Positions 37,348-51,722 of a stretch of DNA of 64,000 bases are shown one piece after another. Origin of the DNA: Geosiphon pyriformis uo1 (Eukaryota > Fungi > Glomeromycota); the NCBI GenBank assembly GCA_016748015.1, contig JAAOMT010000175.1, positions 40,056 to 104,055 on the forward strand. Direction: 5' to 3'. The position numbers were made by a program, and so were the translations under genes. The notes beneath the pieces are model-generated. The model did no database searches, was not told the DNA's origin, and saw nothing but the letters and a program-made list of their open reading frames with translations. The first letter of the stretch is position 1; the number at the start of each line of letters is the position of its first letter.

Positions 37348-38181
37348 TATTACAGATAGATTCTTGAAATAATAAAGTTTTTTTTGTAATTTAGTGTTTA
37401 AGTTGATTACTGCTGTAATTTAAAAGTTTTAGTAATAAAATTTTTTATATAATAGACAAAAATTTACTGTAAAAATAGATAATACTTAATAATTAATTTA
37501 TTCTGATGTTTATATTTTTTTGGTAAACATTTCTAGTTCTTATAATTATATTTACACTCTTTTTGGTATTTTTTATCAAGCAATTCTTAATGTTATAATT
37601 TCAGTATTTTTATTTTTAATTAATTAATAAAACAAAAAAAAACAAATAAAAACATAATAATAAAATTAGAAATTAATATTTTATTAATAATTATAATTAA
37701 AAACTATTATTCTAATATTATTAAGTTAATGTTATTAATACTAATAGCATTAATATAAATAAAATTTAATTTTAATAAATCAAGTTTGAATTTATAAATT
37801 AATGAATTTAGACATAATTAATTAATATATTTATTAAAATAATTATAATTTAATCTAAAATAATAATAAAAGACTAGATTGGTCTTTAAATAAACTTATT
37901 TGTTTTTAAAATAGTCTGTTTTTTTGGTTTTTAATATTTTTGCTATATATATATAAATTTTTATTATTTAAGATTTCTGAAATTTCTACAATTTTTTTGA
38001 ATTATTGCTGAAATTTTGGTATTTTTGCTGATATTTTTAGAATTTTTAAAATTTTTAGAATTTTTGAAATTTCTACTGGTATTTTTAAAATTTTTGATAT
38101 TATATATTTTAATAATTTTTTACTTTAGTATTGGTTATTTATACTATTATTATTATTATTTTGTTTTTTATATAAATAACA
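37348..38181 (-). mobile_element. Old solo LTR (A/F-like)
   Basis: TATTACAG...TAACA with perfect ATAT/ATAT TSD; colinear with 34685-35614. Confidence 0.7.
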
Positions 38182-38268
38182 ATATTTTTTTAACAAAACT
38201 TTTAGCTGTATTTAATATAATAAACAAGTTTTTTCTATTGTTTATAAGTAGTTTAAAAGTTTTAATAC

Positions 38269-39264
38269 TATTACTTAAGTAGAAAACTGATCAAAAATTA
38301 TCGAAAAAACATAATTATTATATAAAAATACAAAATAATATAAAATAATATGAAATAACATAAAATTATATGAAATAACAAAAAATAATACAAAATCACA
38401 TACAATAATATAAAAAAACACAAAATAATTAGCAATAACATAAGATAATTAATTATAACATAAAAAATAAAACAATAACTAACAATGTAAACAATAATTA
38501 ATAATAACAAATAATTAAAAACAATCTTATAAAATTAAAAAATATGTATAAAAATAAATAGTTTTAAAGATAAAAAAAAACAAAATCAAATTTATTTTAA
38601 ATAATATTCTTAGTTTTCAGAATAATTTTTTATTTTATTATCTTTTATATTTTTATCAATTAAAATAAAATATTATTATTTAATTTATAATTTTATAAAT
38701 TTGAAATTTACTTTATTTACTTTTGTGTTAAGTCAAATACAAATAAACATAATATTTTTAAAACTTTAAAATAACAAATTAGACTAATTATTCTTAATTA
38801 CAGTAATTAACAAGATATTAATTTTTTTTTAGGTTTTTTTTTTATTACTTTTTTTTTTAAGAAATAATAACATTAAAAATAAACTGTTTTAGAATTAAAT
38901 TTTATAATAGCCTGGTAAAAAAAAAGAAGCTTTTTTTAGAATTAGATATTAACTTTATTTTGTTAATTTACCAAAAAAACAAAAAGACAATACCAAATTT
39001 TAGCTTTTATAATTAACTAGCATAAAGTAAAACAGACTTATATTAACACAATTATTAAAACAATATTTTTGTATTTTATAACCAAAAAACTTAACAAATA
39101 AAACTTTAAACAATAAAACTTTCAAAGACTGATTAATAAATTAAAACCAAACATATTGCCACTAAAAACTTTTAAACAATATTTTAACTTACTAAATAAG
39201 CTCTTATTACTAAATTATAAGCATTAAATATTATAATACTATACTATCAAATTTATTTATAACA
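38269..39264 (+). mobile_element. Old solo LTR (E-like)
   Basis: TATTACTTAAGTAGAAAA...TAACA; shares blocks with 44034-45006; flanks ATAC/ATAG. Confidence 0.7.
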
Positions 39265-39619
39265 ATAGTTAAAATTGGTAGTCTAAAAATTAAATTTTTG
39301 GTTTTAAAAAAGTCATTAAAACAGTTTTAAACAAACTTATTTTTTTTGTTTAGATAATAGTATAATATTTTATTTTTAATAAGTAGTTTAATCTGAAAAA
39401 TAACTACTATAATATAAAAAACATAAATATTTTTGTCAAGCAGAAAAATATTATTAAATAGCATAAAAGTTTGAATAATAATATTTTAATTATAACTGAA
39501 ACTAAGTTTTATTCAAGTGTAAATTAATTTATTACAAATAAAATTTAATAAAATATAAGTTTTTATTTTAAGATTAGATTTAAACTTTTTAAATACAGAT
39601 ATTGTAATAATTATTTTTT

Positions 39620-41180
39620 TTTTATCATTTTACAAATAAAGCTCAAATGTTATCTAGCACAATACATCAAACTAAATAATCTAAACTAAGTGCAAATCAT
39701 GTATTTTTTATATGTGACCAGCTATTTGGGTCAATTAAAACAATATTATAAATTTATTTTGACAAAAACCATACAATTAGTACCAAAAAAAACTGCAAAG
39801 CTTACAAAAACCAAAATTAATGCTATATGTCTTTGCAATCTCAAGCAACTTGACAATACTAACAGAAAACAAAGACAAAAGATCACAAATATCATAAAAC
39901 ACAGAACTATTATTTGCAATTAAATTTTTTTTCTCCATAAATACTTTATACTTAGTCCTTATTAACTACATATTAACTTGATGAGCCATTTCCAAGCTTT
40001 ATACCAACTTGAAAATTTTCTTGCTGAAAGTTTTGGCACAGCCAAAAATAGAAACATTCTCTAAACACAAAGTCTTTACACAATACAATATACACAGTAT
40101 TGTTAGATGTACATACTAAAAGCAATTGTAAAACACAAAACAATGATAAATTTAAGTCTAATACAGAACTTTACTAAACAAAACATAAATCAAGTAGTTT
40201 TTTGCAAACACCAGTGTCTATTATACATTGTTATAGGATGGTTTTCTTGGTATATTTAATTGCCAATATCCCATTTTAATTGCAATCAGTTTTTTGTGAG
40301 TTCCTCAATTCTATTTGTGTGATAATATTACTGTTATACTAAAGGCTTTCTCTTTAATGTCACAATGTAAGTTATTTCTCAATTCCTGATTGTTGTATGT
40401 GTTTATGTACTCCTTCCCAGAGGCTAAACTGAAATCTACTCACTGTTTAGGGTCTTTTTTGAGGCTATCTTTGCAATTGCCTGATGTGTTTCTCTAATCT
40501 AGAAACACAGAATGTTAATAATCTTTAGTGCTTTTCTTAATTCTTACAATAAAGCTTTTATCAATTAGTAACAATGTGAATAATCTTGATCAAGGATTAT
40601 TCTTCCAAGGGATTCAGTTGATAATGATAGTTTTATTCAATAAATAATACAAGTAAGTTTCTTAACACTTTGGGTTGTGATAATTTAGTTTTAAATATTT
40701 TTTTCATTTCTTTTTGATTTAAAAATTTTTTGGAATATTTTATTTAAAAGTACAATTTAAAGTAGAGTTTGTTGGATAAATTGGATCTATTGCTTGATAA
40801 GTTATGATTTTTATTACTTTCTTGACTTTTCTTAATATTAAAGCTATTGTATATATATATGTTTGTAGTTCTATGAAAAAACACATTGTAATACTTTCTT
40901 TTTAATATTTCAACCTGGTGTTTGCTGCTATCACCAGTTGGTGTTGACTGCTATTGTGAACTGGTACTTGTCACTATTACAAGATGGTGTTTTGCTATTA
41001 TGTTAATCATTATCTTTCTAAAATTATTATTACACTATATTATGATTGAATAGTTTATATTATTTTTATGATTCTTTTGCTAAATTCTTAAACTGTAACA
41101 ACATATAAAAAAATAATCAAAAAGCTTAATTTCCTCACAATATAAACACAATACACTGGAATACTTTTTATTATATAAGT
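39620..41180 (-). mobile_element. LINE relic 3 (3' end only), interrupted by a solo LTR
   Basis: 39700-39740 is an inverted homologue of the LINE 3' UTR at 34155-34196; 41101-41180 encodes LYNKKYSSVLCLYCEE...DYFFIC (C-terminal Cys motif). Confidence 0.65.
40229..41100 (-). mobile_element. Solo LTR family G, copy 1 (872 bp)
   Basis: TGTTA...TAACA, TSD ACAT/ACAT; inverted homologue of 49515-50388. Confidence 0.9.
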
Positions 41181-44033
41181 GAATCTAGTATAGATGATTT
41201 CCATGAGTTATTGGAAAATAGCTGAAGTATTTATTAAGCTAAATGGCATTACATTAAATTTAAAGTTTTCTTCTCTGATTGTAAATGCTGTTTTTTCTTT
41301 GTCAGTTGGGTTTATAGCTACTTGCCAATAACTACTGTTTAGATTCAATATTAAAAACTATTTTTTTTTTCCAAATACATCAAATAATTTTTGGATCCAT
41401 GAAGTTAGATAACTATCTTCATAAGTAATATTGTTGAGCTTTTTATAATCTACACAAAAGTGGATCTTTCTATTTTTCTTCTGGACTAGTACTATTGGTA
41501 ATGACTATAGACTCATTGATAATTGAATTAATCTATTGTTTAATATCTGGTTAATTTCTTGTTGGATGATCTTATAACTTGCTGGTAGTACTCTATATGT
41601 TTATTGTTTTATTATTATTGCATATTCTGTTTTGATTTGGTGTTAGATGATATCAGTTCTATCAAATTCATTTTCATTAGCAAAAATGTTAGTAAAATTG
41701 TTGAGTAATATTTTAAGTTGCATATATTGAAGTGGGTCTAAGTTTCCCAAGTTCATTTGTTCCAATTGTTCTGGTTGGAGCAAATAATATTCTTCTTGTC
41801 TATATATTGTTTGTAATATGATATTCACATATTCACAAAGCTATGAAAAATCTGGAATAATGTTTGGTGGTTGGTCTTTAACTTTAATGCTTAAATATCT
41901 GATGGTAGTTCTATTTGGTATTTTGATAATATCTTTAGTTATATTGTATATGAAAATTTTGATGTGTTTATATTTCTTGGCTAATATGTAGAGATTAGTA
42001 ATTTCAATCTTTCCTAATTCACAAATGGTTGGTTCTACTTCAAAAATCTGGAGCTGGTCTCTTATTTTTTTTTTATTACTAATATATATTGATTATATGA
42101 TGAGATAGAAACTAATTAATTGGTGGAAATAATTTCTCTTTTATCAATGATTTCTTCCTCTATCATATTGACTGGTACATTTATTCTACTTGTGAATTCA
42201 AATCTATTTTTCTCTCTTGTAGTTATCCCTAATTTTTTTTTGTTTTTACTAATACTAAATGAGCTATTTTGACCAAAGATATGAATATTGTCTGTACTAT
42301 CTTTTTATTTGGTTTAATTATATATGGTTTTTCTAATTTATTTTGTAGTATTGCATTGATATTTCTTACATATCCTGTGTTAATTATTCTTTTTCTAATA
42401 CTGATTTTTTTTTTGCTAAACTAGATCTAAATATTAATTAAATTATTATTGTAACTGGAATTTCTAATGCTATTTTTAATTAATACAAATGTACATATTG
42501 AGCTTCAATGTTATGGCATATTTTCTTGAATATCTTAGATCAAATCTTGCATTAGTATTATGCATGTATTCTGGCATGATATTTTTATTATTATTACTAA
42601 ACTATCTTAGTTCTTGCTCTATAGATAAATTTGGAAGCACAATATATTATTCGGAGTTGTAATTAAAGTTTAAATTGTTATTGTTATTGCCATAGTAAAT
42701 GGTATTAGAATTATTGTTGTTGTTATTATCAAAGTCTGAATTGGAATTGAATTTTAATTCCAATTTTGTTGTGTATTCACTAATTGGTTTTTCTTCTTCA
42801 GGAATTGAGTAGATTATTTGTGGTGGTAGATTGTAAATAAAATCACACTTATTACAATATTTGAAGTTATATAATATTAAATAATAGTTACATAGTTAGG
42901 TGTTTAATTCTTTTGATTATTGCTTTTGCTCTTTTTTAGTAGGTGCTAATTTCTGGTAATATTTGTAGAATTGTTCCAGATTTATAATGTTAAGGATAAT
43001 ATTGGGGTTTGAAATTCAAATAGTTTCTTTGAATTCTGATGAGTTGTTTTTAATTGTTTTTATTTTTTCTAGAGACATGTCTTTGATTTTGGTAATTGCT
43101 ATTCTTCAGATTTTGTCATCATTGTGTGGACAACTGTTCAAACATTTTACAGCTCTTTTCCAAACAATGTCTATTGGCATTTTTTTTATCTAATCACTTA
43201 TAAGAATTGTGTATTGACATAAGTTGTTATATGTTCCTTTATAACTAAAAATATTATTCCATATTTTTTTGTGTAGAAAAGTTTCTCCACAAACAAGGCA
43301 TGGTTTGTTGTCTCATTTTTTTGGTCTTTTTGGTCATCCAAAGCATTCAAGAACACATAAGTAACAGTAGTACTTGGTTGCCATTGGCCATTTCTTATTG
43401 TTACTACAACATACATTTATTGTTAACAATTTCTTGCCACAATTAACACAGATTAGCTTGGATTGATAATAAGTTGACTGGCTTTGATTGGTGGTAATGT
43501 AAGGGATATATGTAGAGGTAGTTGTTTAAAACATTTTTTTTCTCTTTCTTTTTCTTTTCTTCCTATGTGAGTACTGGTAACAAGCTGTTATGGTTGTCAT
43601 TAGCCCAAAAGGCTTGATAAGCCTTCCAGATAGATTTTTTTTTTCCTTCAATTCAATTATTGATTGTGATTGGGTAGTTTGTAATTTGAAATGACTGCAA
43701 GTAGCAAGTACTTGCATGTGTTGTTTATTTTGACTGAATTGTAGTTCTTAAGTAATTTAGTCAAGCACAGTACTGGTTTTTAACAGCCAGTCATTATCAA
43801 CTAATGCTTGATACTATGTGGCTTCTATAATAAGAATCTTGATTAATGTAATAATGCTGTTAATTTTAAATGGGAAGTTGTCAATTTTGCCAATTAGAGT
43901 TTTTGTTGCTTCATCCATGGTGATAATTCTAACATTGGCAGCATGATCAACTCAGTGACCTAATTGGTCCATGAGTTGTCATGTAATAATATTGTCTGCT
44001 AACTTACTATCAAGGATTAGCTTGATAAAGTGA

Positions 44034-45006
44034 TATTACCTGAGTAGAAAAACCAATCTAATATTATAAAAAAAACATGACCAAAAACATGATAACATAA
44101 AATAACACAAAATAATGTAAAAGAATACAGAATAACATATAATAATTCAGGATAACATAATACAAAACTTAATAAGATGTTATAATATAAAATAACTTAA
44201 AACATAAGATAACTAGTAATAATATAGAAAAACAAAGCAAGAACAGAAATAGTAAAGCAATAACTAACAAGAATAAAACAATTAAAAAACAATTCTATAG
44301 AACCAAGAAAAATATATAAAAATAAGTAGTTGTAGAAGTTAGAAAGACAGCCAGACAAGAATTAATTTTCTTTCCATATAGCTATTATATCTTATAAAAA
44401 TTAAAAGACTTATTTAAAACTTAAAATAATCAATATATGGTTATTTATTATTCCATATTTCTCTTAAACTAATTTCTGTTTTGTACTTTCATTTTGGAAC
44501 AAATATTTTTAGCATAAATACTTCGAAACATTAACAACTTAAACCAATTACTCTTGATCATAGTAATTGACAATACTAATTTATCTTCTTTTATTTTTAT
44601 TTTTTTTCTTTTATTCTCTCTTGTGAAGCAGCAACATAAAAAAATTGACTGTTTGGAAATAGATTTTATGATAGCCTGATAAAAAAAAGAAGCTTTTCTT
44701 AAGTTTAGATATTAACATTATCTTAGTAGCTTATTAAAAAGGCAAAAAAACACTGCTAAATCTTAATGATTGTGCATATTAGCTCAAAAAAGGTAGCTCA
44801 TATTTACAATAAAAGTTGCAAAACATGAAAGTAAAAACTCTGTGTCTTATAACCAAAAAATTTTATAGATAAATACATATTTAAAAAAAGACCTTCAGAG
44901 ACTGATAATAAGAATCAGCTGTACTACAAAGACTATTCAAAGCTTTTATTATTCGAATTAGAGCACTAAACATTATTACCATATCTTATCAAGTTTACCT
45001 GTAACA
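44034..45006 (+). repeat. 5' LTR of E
   Basis: Direct repeat of 54925-55910. Confidence 0.92.
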
Positions 45007-48000
45007 TTTGATGCTTTCTATGAGGTTATAAAAACCACAGAGACAGAACACCTCAGAAATTCACAAAAGTAGTGACTATTAGAACAGTAAAAAAAGATCA
45101 CTTACCATATAAAAAAGCATTATTTTAATATTTTAGGAAAGATTTAAGAATATCACTCAAAGCTGTTACAGCTAAAAATAATTTTTGTTAATATCTACAT
45201 GCAAAAATTAACTGTCTGCTAAGCCAAGCAACAGATATAAGAAGAATCAGAAAACAGATATATCAAAAATTATTGCCATATTCAACAGAAACCACCACCT
45301 GAGCTATAGCTAAGACTTTTTGTATAATTAACAAAAAAATCAAAGAATACATAACACAACAGTATTCTCAAGTAAAAGAAAGACAAATAGCAAAACCTAA
45401 TTTCACAGAATTTAAATTTAAATCTGAAAATACAACAGCTGCACAAAAAAAAGCCTGATCCATAGTCAACAAAAAATCAAGATTTCTTTTACCAATTATT
45501 CTGTCATATTATTAGACACTAAAAAGTAGAATCCTATTTAACCAATTCATGAAAACACAAACAAAAACTTCAAGAACTCTCAAAATCCTATACTTCTGGG
45601 ACTATAACAATAATCTTTGGACAAAATCTTTAGAAGAATATGAATCATTATTTCAGAATCTTACTTCAACAGCCAACCAACTCAGTAGAAGCATATCCTC
45701 TTAGACATTACCATTAATACAGTCCCTAGCAGAGTTAGCAATTATTTCTACAGAAAAAACAATCATCTTGCCACTTATTGGTCTTAACAAAAAGAAACAA
45801 CCAATATTAGCATTTGAAAAACAATATAGTATACCACCATTAAATCTCTCATCATTAGTAAGTCAATTATCTCTTGTTTTTTAGATAATAACTTACCAAA
45901 ATATTGCTAGATTGGAGAAATTCTCCAGTAAAGAAGATAATACATATATCTAGATAACAAAAACTAAAAAAGCAATTATTGCCAATAATTGGAATAATGA
46001 CAAAACAATTTAAGCACTGTTTTTCTTCTTAATGAAAACTGCAAACTCATGGTACTAAAGTCTCAAAAAAAAACCTACCACCTTTACTGTCTTTAAACAG
46101 GCCTTTTTATAATACTTTTGTAATTTTAACATATTTATCTGGCTACAAAATCAGTTCAACAATAAAACAAAAAAATTACAAAGCAATGACTACTTATTTT
46201 GAACAATTTAATCAAGTTTTTTGACAGATACTAGCAATTGAGAAGAATTACTATACTATAACACAAGTTTTTAATTAATTTGTCAAAAAATTAAAGAGCA
46301 GCATTCTATGATCCATGAAACCTCATTATTTGACAAACCTACAAGAAGCAGTCACTCTTGCTCATGATTTTAAGTTGGCAGAACAAAAAGCTAATCATAT
46401 TTAAGTCATTAACTTGGCCATCAATAAAATCTCAGATATTAACACTAAAATAATCCAATTAAGTAAGACATTAACTCAAAAAATTAAAAGATTCTTAGTT
46501 AGTACTACTGGAACTTATCAGCCACTTCAACAAAAAGACAACAACAACAACAGATACCAACAGCAATAGAATTATTAACAACAACAACTCTGGAGATCAG
46601 ACCTCCATAATTGTTATTACTGTTAGAAACTTAGCCATATTGTTTAGAAGTGCTAAAAAAAAATAGCAGATCAAAACAAAAGCAACTACTATTAACAACA
46701 ACTGAAATATTTTCAAACTATAGGAGCTTAATATTTTACTTCTTAATACCAACCAAGCCAGTATTTTAAGCAACTGCTCTAAAATTAGTATTTACTACTA
46801 TAAATATTGGCTCAAACAGTGTTTTAATACTAAAATCTCATATATAGCTAGTCTAGATCTTACATAATTGATTATAACCAGGGATGACAAAACAATAATA
46901 GAAACCAAACACAACTTTTAAATAGACTATTCTAACCAAACAATCATGGCAATATCTCATTATGACCAATACTAATTAAATATTCCAATTAGATTTCATA
47001 CCATGGCTTTATTAAAACTCTGAATTTTAGTAATATTACATTTTTAGAAGAAAAAAATATAAGAAAAACTCTTAATTCTTTGACTTTAAACCAAATTAAC
47101 AATATAATTCCACCTGCTACTATTATAGAAGACACTACTCTGGCTGCTATCTTCTCTTTTGACATTGATAATTTGAACACAACTAGTCTGTTTAGTGGAG
47201 CTGCCATTAATTAGAACAAACTAATCACAGCAATATATACTAATACTTAAATTAGAAACATAAACATTAAATTAATTCTCAACAGTAGATTAGCAGGTAG
47301 TATAATTATGAAACAACTTATAAATTAATTAGGTTACTAAGTAGATTGTGCTACCACTGCCTAAATCATTACTGCAGATAATAATACCAAGACTCTAATC
47401 AGAGAAATTAATAATTTTTTATTCAAAATTAGTGGAATTTAAATTCTTACCAAGGTGCTTATCATAAAAGCCACACAATATTAGACTTTTATAGAAAACA
47501 ATTGGCTAATAAAAACCAATACTACTTTAGGCTGGAATACATAAGAGCTCCAAATTACTTTTAAAAAACAACATGCTTGAATATCTACAATGTGCAAATA
47601 TTTCTAAAGAGCAATTCCAAAACAACTTTTAATTGAATTTAACAAACTGATTTCCTAATCAATCTTAGAAACATACCAGATTTCTTGGGCAAATAATTTC
47701 TGAACAGAGCTACCACCACCTTTTACTTGAGAAAAAAAAGAAAAAAAAAGAGCTGATAAGAAACATTAGGTTTTACTATCAATGTATCAAACACTACAAA
47801 CAAAAAATTAACCATACTAATCTCTGAAATTAATCTGTATTGATTGTGGAAAGAAATTATTTTTGATGGATGCATGCATTAAAAATAATAAAAAATAGCC
47901 AACCACTACCAGATATTATTGCAAATCTTGCATATTAAAAGATTTGGAGATCTGAAATAATAAAGTAAATAGAACTATATGCTATGCCTTGCATATGACA

Positions 48001-51000
48001 AAGTCCTACCAGATAAAAAATTGTGAAATAATGTCTTTGGTAGAAGAAAAACATGTAATAAAATGTATTAATATACAGTATTGATCAACAATTAAATACA
48101 AAAAAAAACTCTGATTAACAATGCCTGAAAATAGGCATTAAACTATTTGAATAATTACTCATATAACAAAAGTAAACTCTAAAGAATGACAAGTGTTAAA
48201 GCTAAAGATGTTTTACCCTATAAAATATAAGAAATCAAAAACAACCTTTTAATGCTTTCTGAACCCAAATACAATCCATTCACAGATAATTTAGAAGCAT
48301 TCCAAAATTGATACTAAGACTTAGCTCCAATCCAAGAAGAGCAAAAACAAAAACTAGCTGACTTAAACATAAAACTGTGTGATCACTGCCTAATTTTTTG
48401 TCATTTTTAGTACTGTGACAAGTGTAATCTCTTGTTTAATCCAATGCCAAAAACACTATATCTTATCATTAAATTACCAGAGCCTAATGAAAAATATGAA
48501 TCCACTATAGAAGATTAAGAGCCAAGAAAGACTACCAAAATAAAACAGTTCTCTGCCTATCTAAATCTTTCCAAAAAATTAGAATTGAAATAGTACAGTA
48601 ACAACAATAAAGAAATATGCCTGGAAAAAGCACATAAAACTGATGTTGGCTTTGACTTAAAATATCCAGAACAATTATCTATTATTATAGTCTCATATTT
48701 TTTTGTAAAAATAGATCTCAAAATAGCTTTGGAAATTCCTATTAGCATAATAATACAAGTTGCATTCCAGTTTAGTCTTACAAAGAAAGAAATTAATATG
48801 AAAAAAGAAATCATTGATGTCAGTTATACAGAAATATTATTGTAATACTACAGAACAATTTTGACAAATTTTATAAAATAGAATTATAAGAGAAGATTAT
48901 CCAAGCTATCTTTTTACTTCTTTTAAAAATACCACAGTTGACTTCAGTTACTACCTGAGAAAAATTAGATCTTACTACCAGAGAAATCAATAGGTTTGGA
49001 TCAAGTGGAAAAAGAAATGTACTAGTTAATTTTATTAAGGAAGACAGTGACAAGATAAAACTTATTTATATTGATACAGTTATCTTCATTTCTTTATATC
49101 GACAATACATTTTTAAAGTAGATTGGAAAATTCAAGACCAAGTCCTATTATTTGAAGTTAACTCTAAAATCTGTTCTTTAGCTAATATTACAAATATATA
49201 TATACTTGCCAGAGCTTATAAACATTTCAAAATTTCCATCCATAATTATACTGAAAACATTATCAAAATCCTTAAAGATACTTTTATTGAATCTATTTCT
49301 CCTAACATACAGAATCTTAAACAACTTCAGACTATTCCAGATTTTACACAATTGTTTTTATTTTGTGATATTATTTTACAAGTATGGAATCTGCCAAAAA
49401 AAAGTTATTTGTTTATACTGAAAGAAATTAATAAACTCAATTTGGGAAACTTAAGCACCTTGCAACAAATACAGCTTAAAGTTCTCTTAATCAATATACT
49501 AACATTTTTGCCAGTGTTATGGTTTAAAAATTTAGCAAAAAAATCATAAAAATCATATAAACTATTCAATCATAATATAGTGCAGTAATAATTTTAGAAA
49601 GGTAATAATTAACATAGTAGCAAAACACCATTTTGCAATAGTGGCAAGCACCAGTTCACAATAGCAGCCAACACCAATTAGTGATAGCAGCAAACACCAG
49701 ATTGAAATATCAAAAAAAAGTATTACAATGTGTTTTTTTATAGAACTACAAACATGTATATATACAGTAGTTTTAATATTGAGAAAAGTCAATCAAGTAA
49801 TAAAAATCATAACTTATCAAGCAATAGATCCAATTTATTCAACAAACTCTTCTTTAAATCGTACTTTTAAATAAAATATCCCAAAAAACCTTTAAATCAA
49901 AAAGAAATGAAAAAGAATATTTAAAACTGAATTATCACAATTCAAAGTGGTAAGAAACTTACTTGTATTATTTATTGAATGAAACTATCATTCATCAGCT
50001 GAATCCCTTGGAAGAATAATTCTTGATCAAGATTATTCATGTTGTTACTAATTGATAAAAGCTTTATTGTAAAAATTAGAAAGAGTGCTAAAGACCATTA
50101 ACATTCCATGTTTTTAGATTAGAGAAACACATTAGGCAATTGCAAGAATAGCTTCAGATAAGATCTTAGACAGCAGATAAATTTCAGTTCAGCCTCTGGG
50201 AAGAAGTACATAAACATACACAACAATCAGGAATTGAAAAATAACTTAGATCACAACATTAAAGAGAAAGCCTTCAGTATAACAAGTGATATTATTACAC
50301 AAATAGAATTGAGGAACTCATGAGAGACTGATTGCAATTAAAATGGAATATCAGCAATTAAATATACCAAGAAAACCATCCTGTAATACCAGCAAAAATA
50401 AGTTTGGACATACAGACATTATAAAACATCAAATTGATACAAGAAATACCTGCCCTATTAAACAATAGACATATTGAGTAATTCTAATAGGCAATAATTT
50501 GATTAAAAAAGAAGTATAATGAATGTTAGACCATGGACTGATTAAGCAATTATTAAACTCTTGGTTCTCTTCAGTGGTGTTGGTTACTAAAAAGAATAAA
50601 AAAATATGGTTCTGTGTAAATTACCAAAAATTAAACAGTGTTACTTATGGCAATAGTTACTCTACTTATTTTATATAAAAAATATTAGACAATTTAGGCA
50701 ACAAAAAATAGTTCTCATTATTAGACTTAGCCAGTAGATATTGGCAAGTGAAAATAGATCCCAAAGACAAAAAGAAAATAGTCTTTATCATGTGAGATAA
50801 AAACTTTAAATTCAATGTAATACCTTTTGGGCTGTATAATGTTTCTGCTATTTTTCAATATCTTATAGATGTAGTATACAAGAAAATTCTTTGAAAATCA
50901 GTCATAGTCTATTTGAACAACACCAATATGTTCTTTAAAACATTTGATGATCACTTATTTTACCTACAACAAATTTTCAAACATCTTTGAGGTGCCAAAT

Positions 51001-51712
51001 TGAAACTCAACCCTGACAAATGTTTCTTCAAAAAAACTGAGCTGAAATTCTTAGAACATATAATCAGCAAGAACAAAATCAAGCCAGATTCAGATAAAGT
51101 CCAAAAAGTCAGAGATTTTTCAGTTTCAACTAATCTATGAAAATTAAGAGGATTCTTAGAACTAACTAGATACTACTACAGATTTGTTAAAAAATTTTTC
51201 AATATTGCAAAACCTTTTTACTACCTACTGTTAAAACACATATCATACTTATAAAAAAAAAACCAGTAAAAGGCATTCAATTATCTCAAACAGTGATTAA
51301 TTACAGCCCCAATATTAATCTATTTTGACTTTAACAAACATTTTATGATTGTTACTAATATCTTAAAAATGCACTTGGAGTAGTTTTGTCTCAAATTGGA
51401 CCAAAACAAAGAGAATATCTAATTGCTTATACTAGTTACAGCACCAGTCCAGCAGAGAAAATATACAGTATGACAGATTTGGAATGTCTCATCATCTATT
51501 GAGCAGTACAAAATTGGAAACACTATCTTTACTAATTATTTAATCTATACACCAATTATAAGAGACTTATTTGGTTACTCAGTAAACTACAACTAGAAGG
51601 AAGATATGCATAATGAAGTACTTATCTGCAACAATTTTCATACAAAGTTCATTACAAAAAAAGATCCAAAAACATTAATGTTGACAGTTTTTTGAAAATG
51701 ATACAAATCTAA
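45007..51712 (+). pseudogene. gag-PR-Cys domain-dUTPase-RT-RH of E (heavily decayed, split by a solo LTR)
   Basis: EKFSSKEDN; LILNSRLAGSII; CIDC, LCDHC; VGFDLKYP, NRFGSSG; FCVNY, FGLYN, VYLNN; NVDSFLKMIQI*. Confidence 0.85.
49515..50388 (+). mobile_element. Solo LTR family G, copy 2 (874 bp), inside pol of E
   Basis: TGTTA...TAATA; perfect TSD CCAG/CCAG; host frame IFAS-KNKFG restored on removal. Confidence 0.92.
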
Positions 51713-51722
51713 TCTTGAATTC

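Larger units (their letters stand above)
35900..39615 (+). mobile_element. Highly degenerate LINE relic 2 (ORF1 and start of APE), interrupted by two solo LTRs
   Basis: KLFVLNIN, VIIKKISVNL...IKIQLIGL*QK (about 36520-36640); about 39385-39615 resembles 20105-20340 (TETK motif). Confidence 0.6.

Noticed and set aside
38016-38510. Hydrophobic membrane-protein-like ORFs
   Set aside because: Artefacts of AT-rich decayed U3 repeats in solo LTRs.
41170-41200. F and the 59158-60456 fragment both break at nearly the same RT codon (after LM..[VI]Y), suggesting a hotspot or inversion
   Set aside because: Different families and unrelated junction partners; with only two cases, coincidence cannot be excluded.
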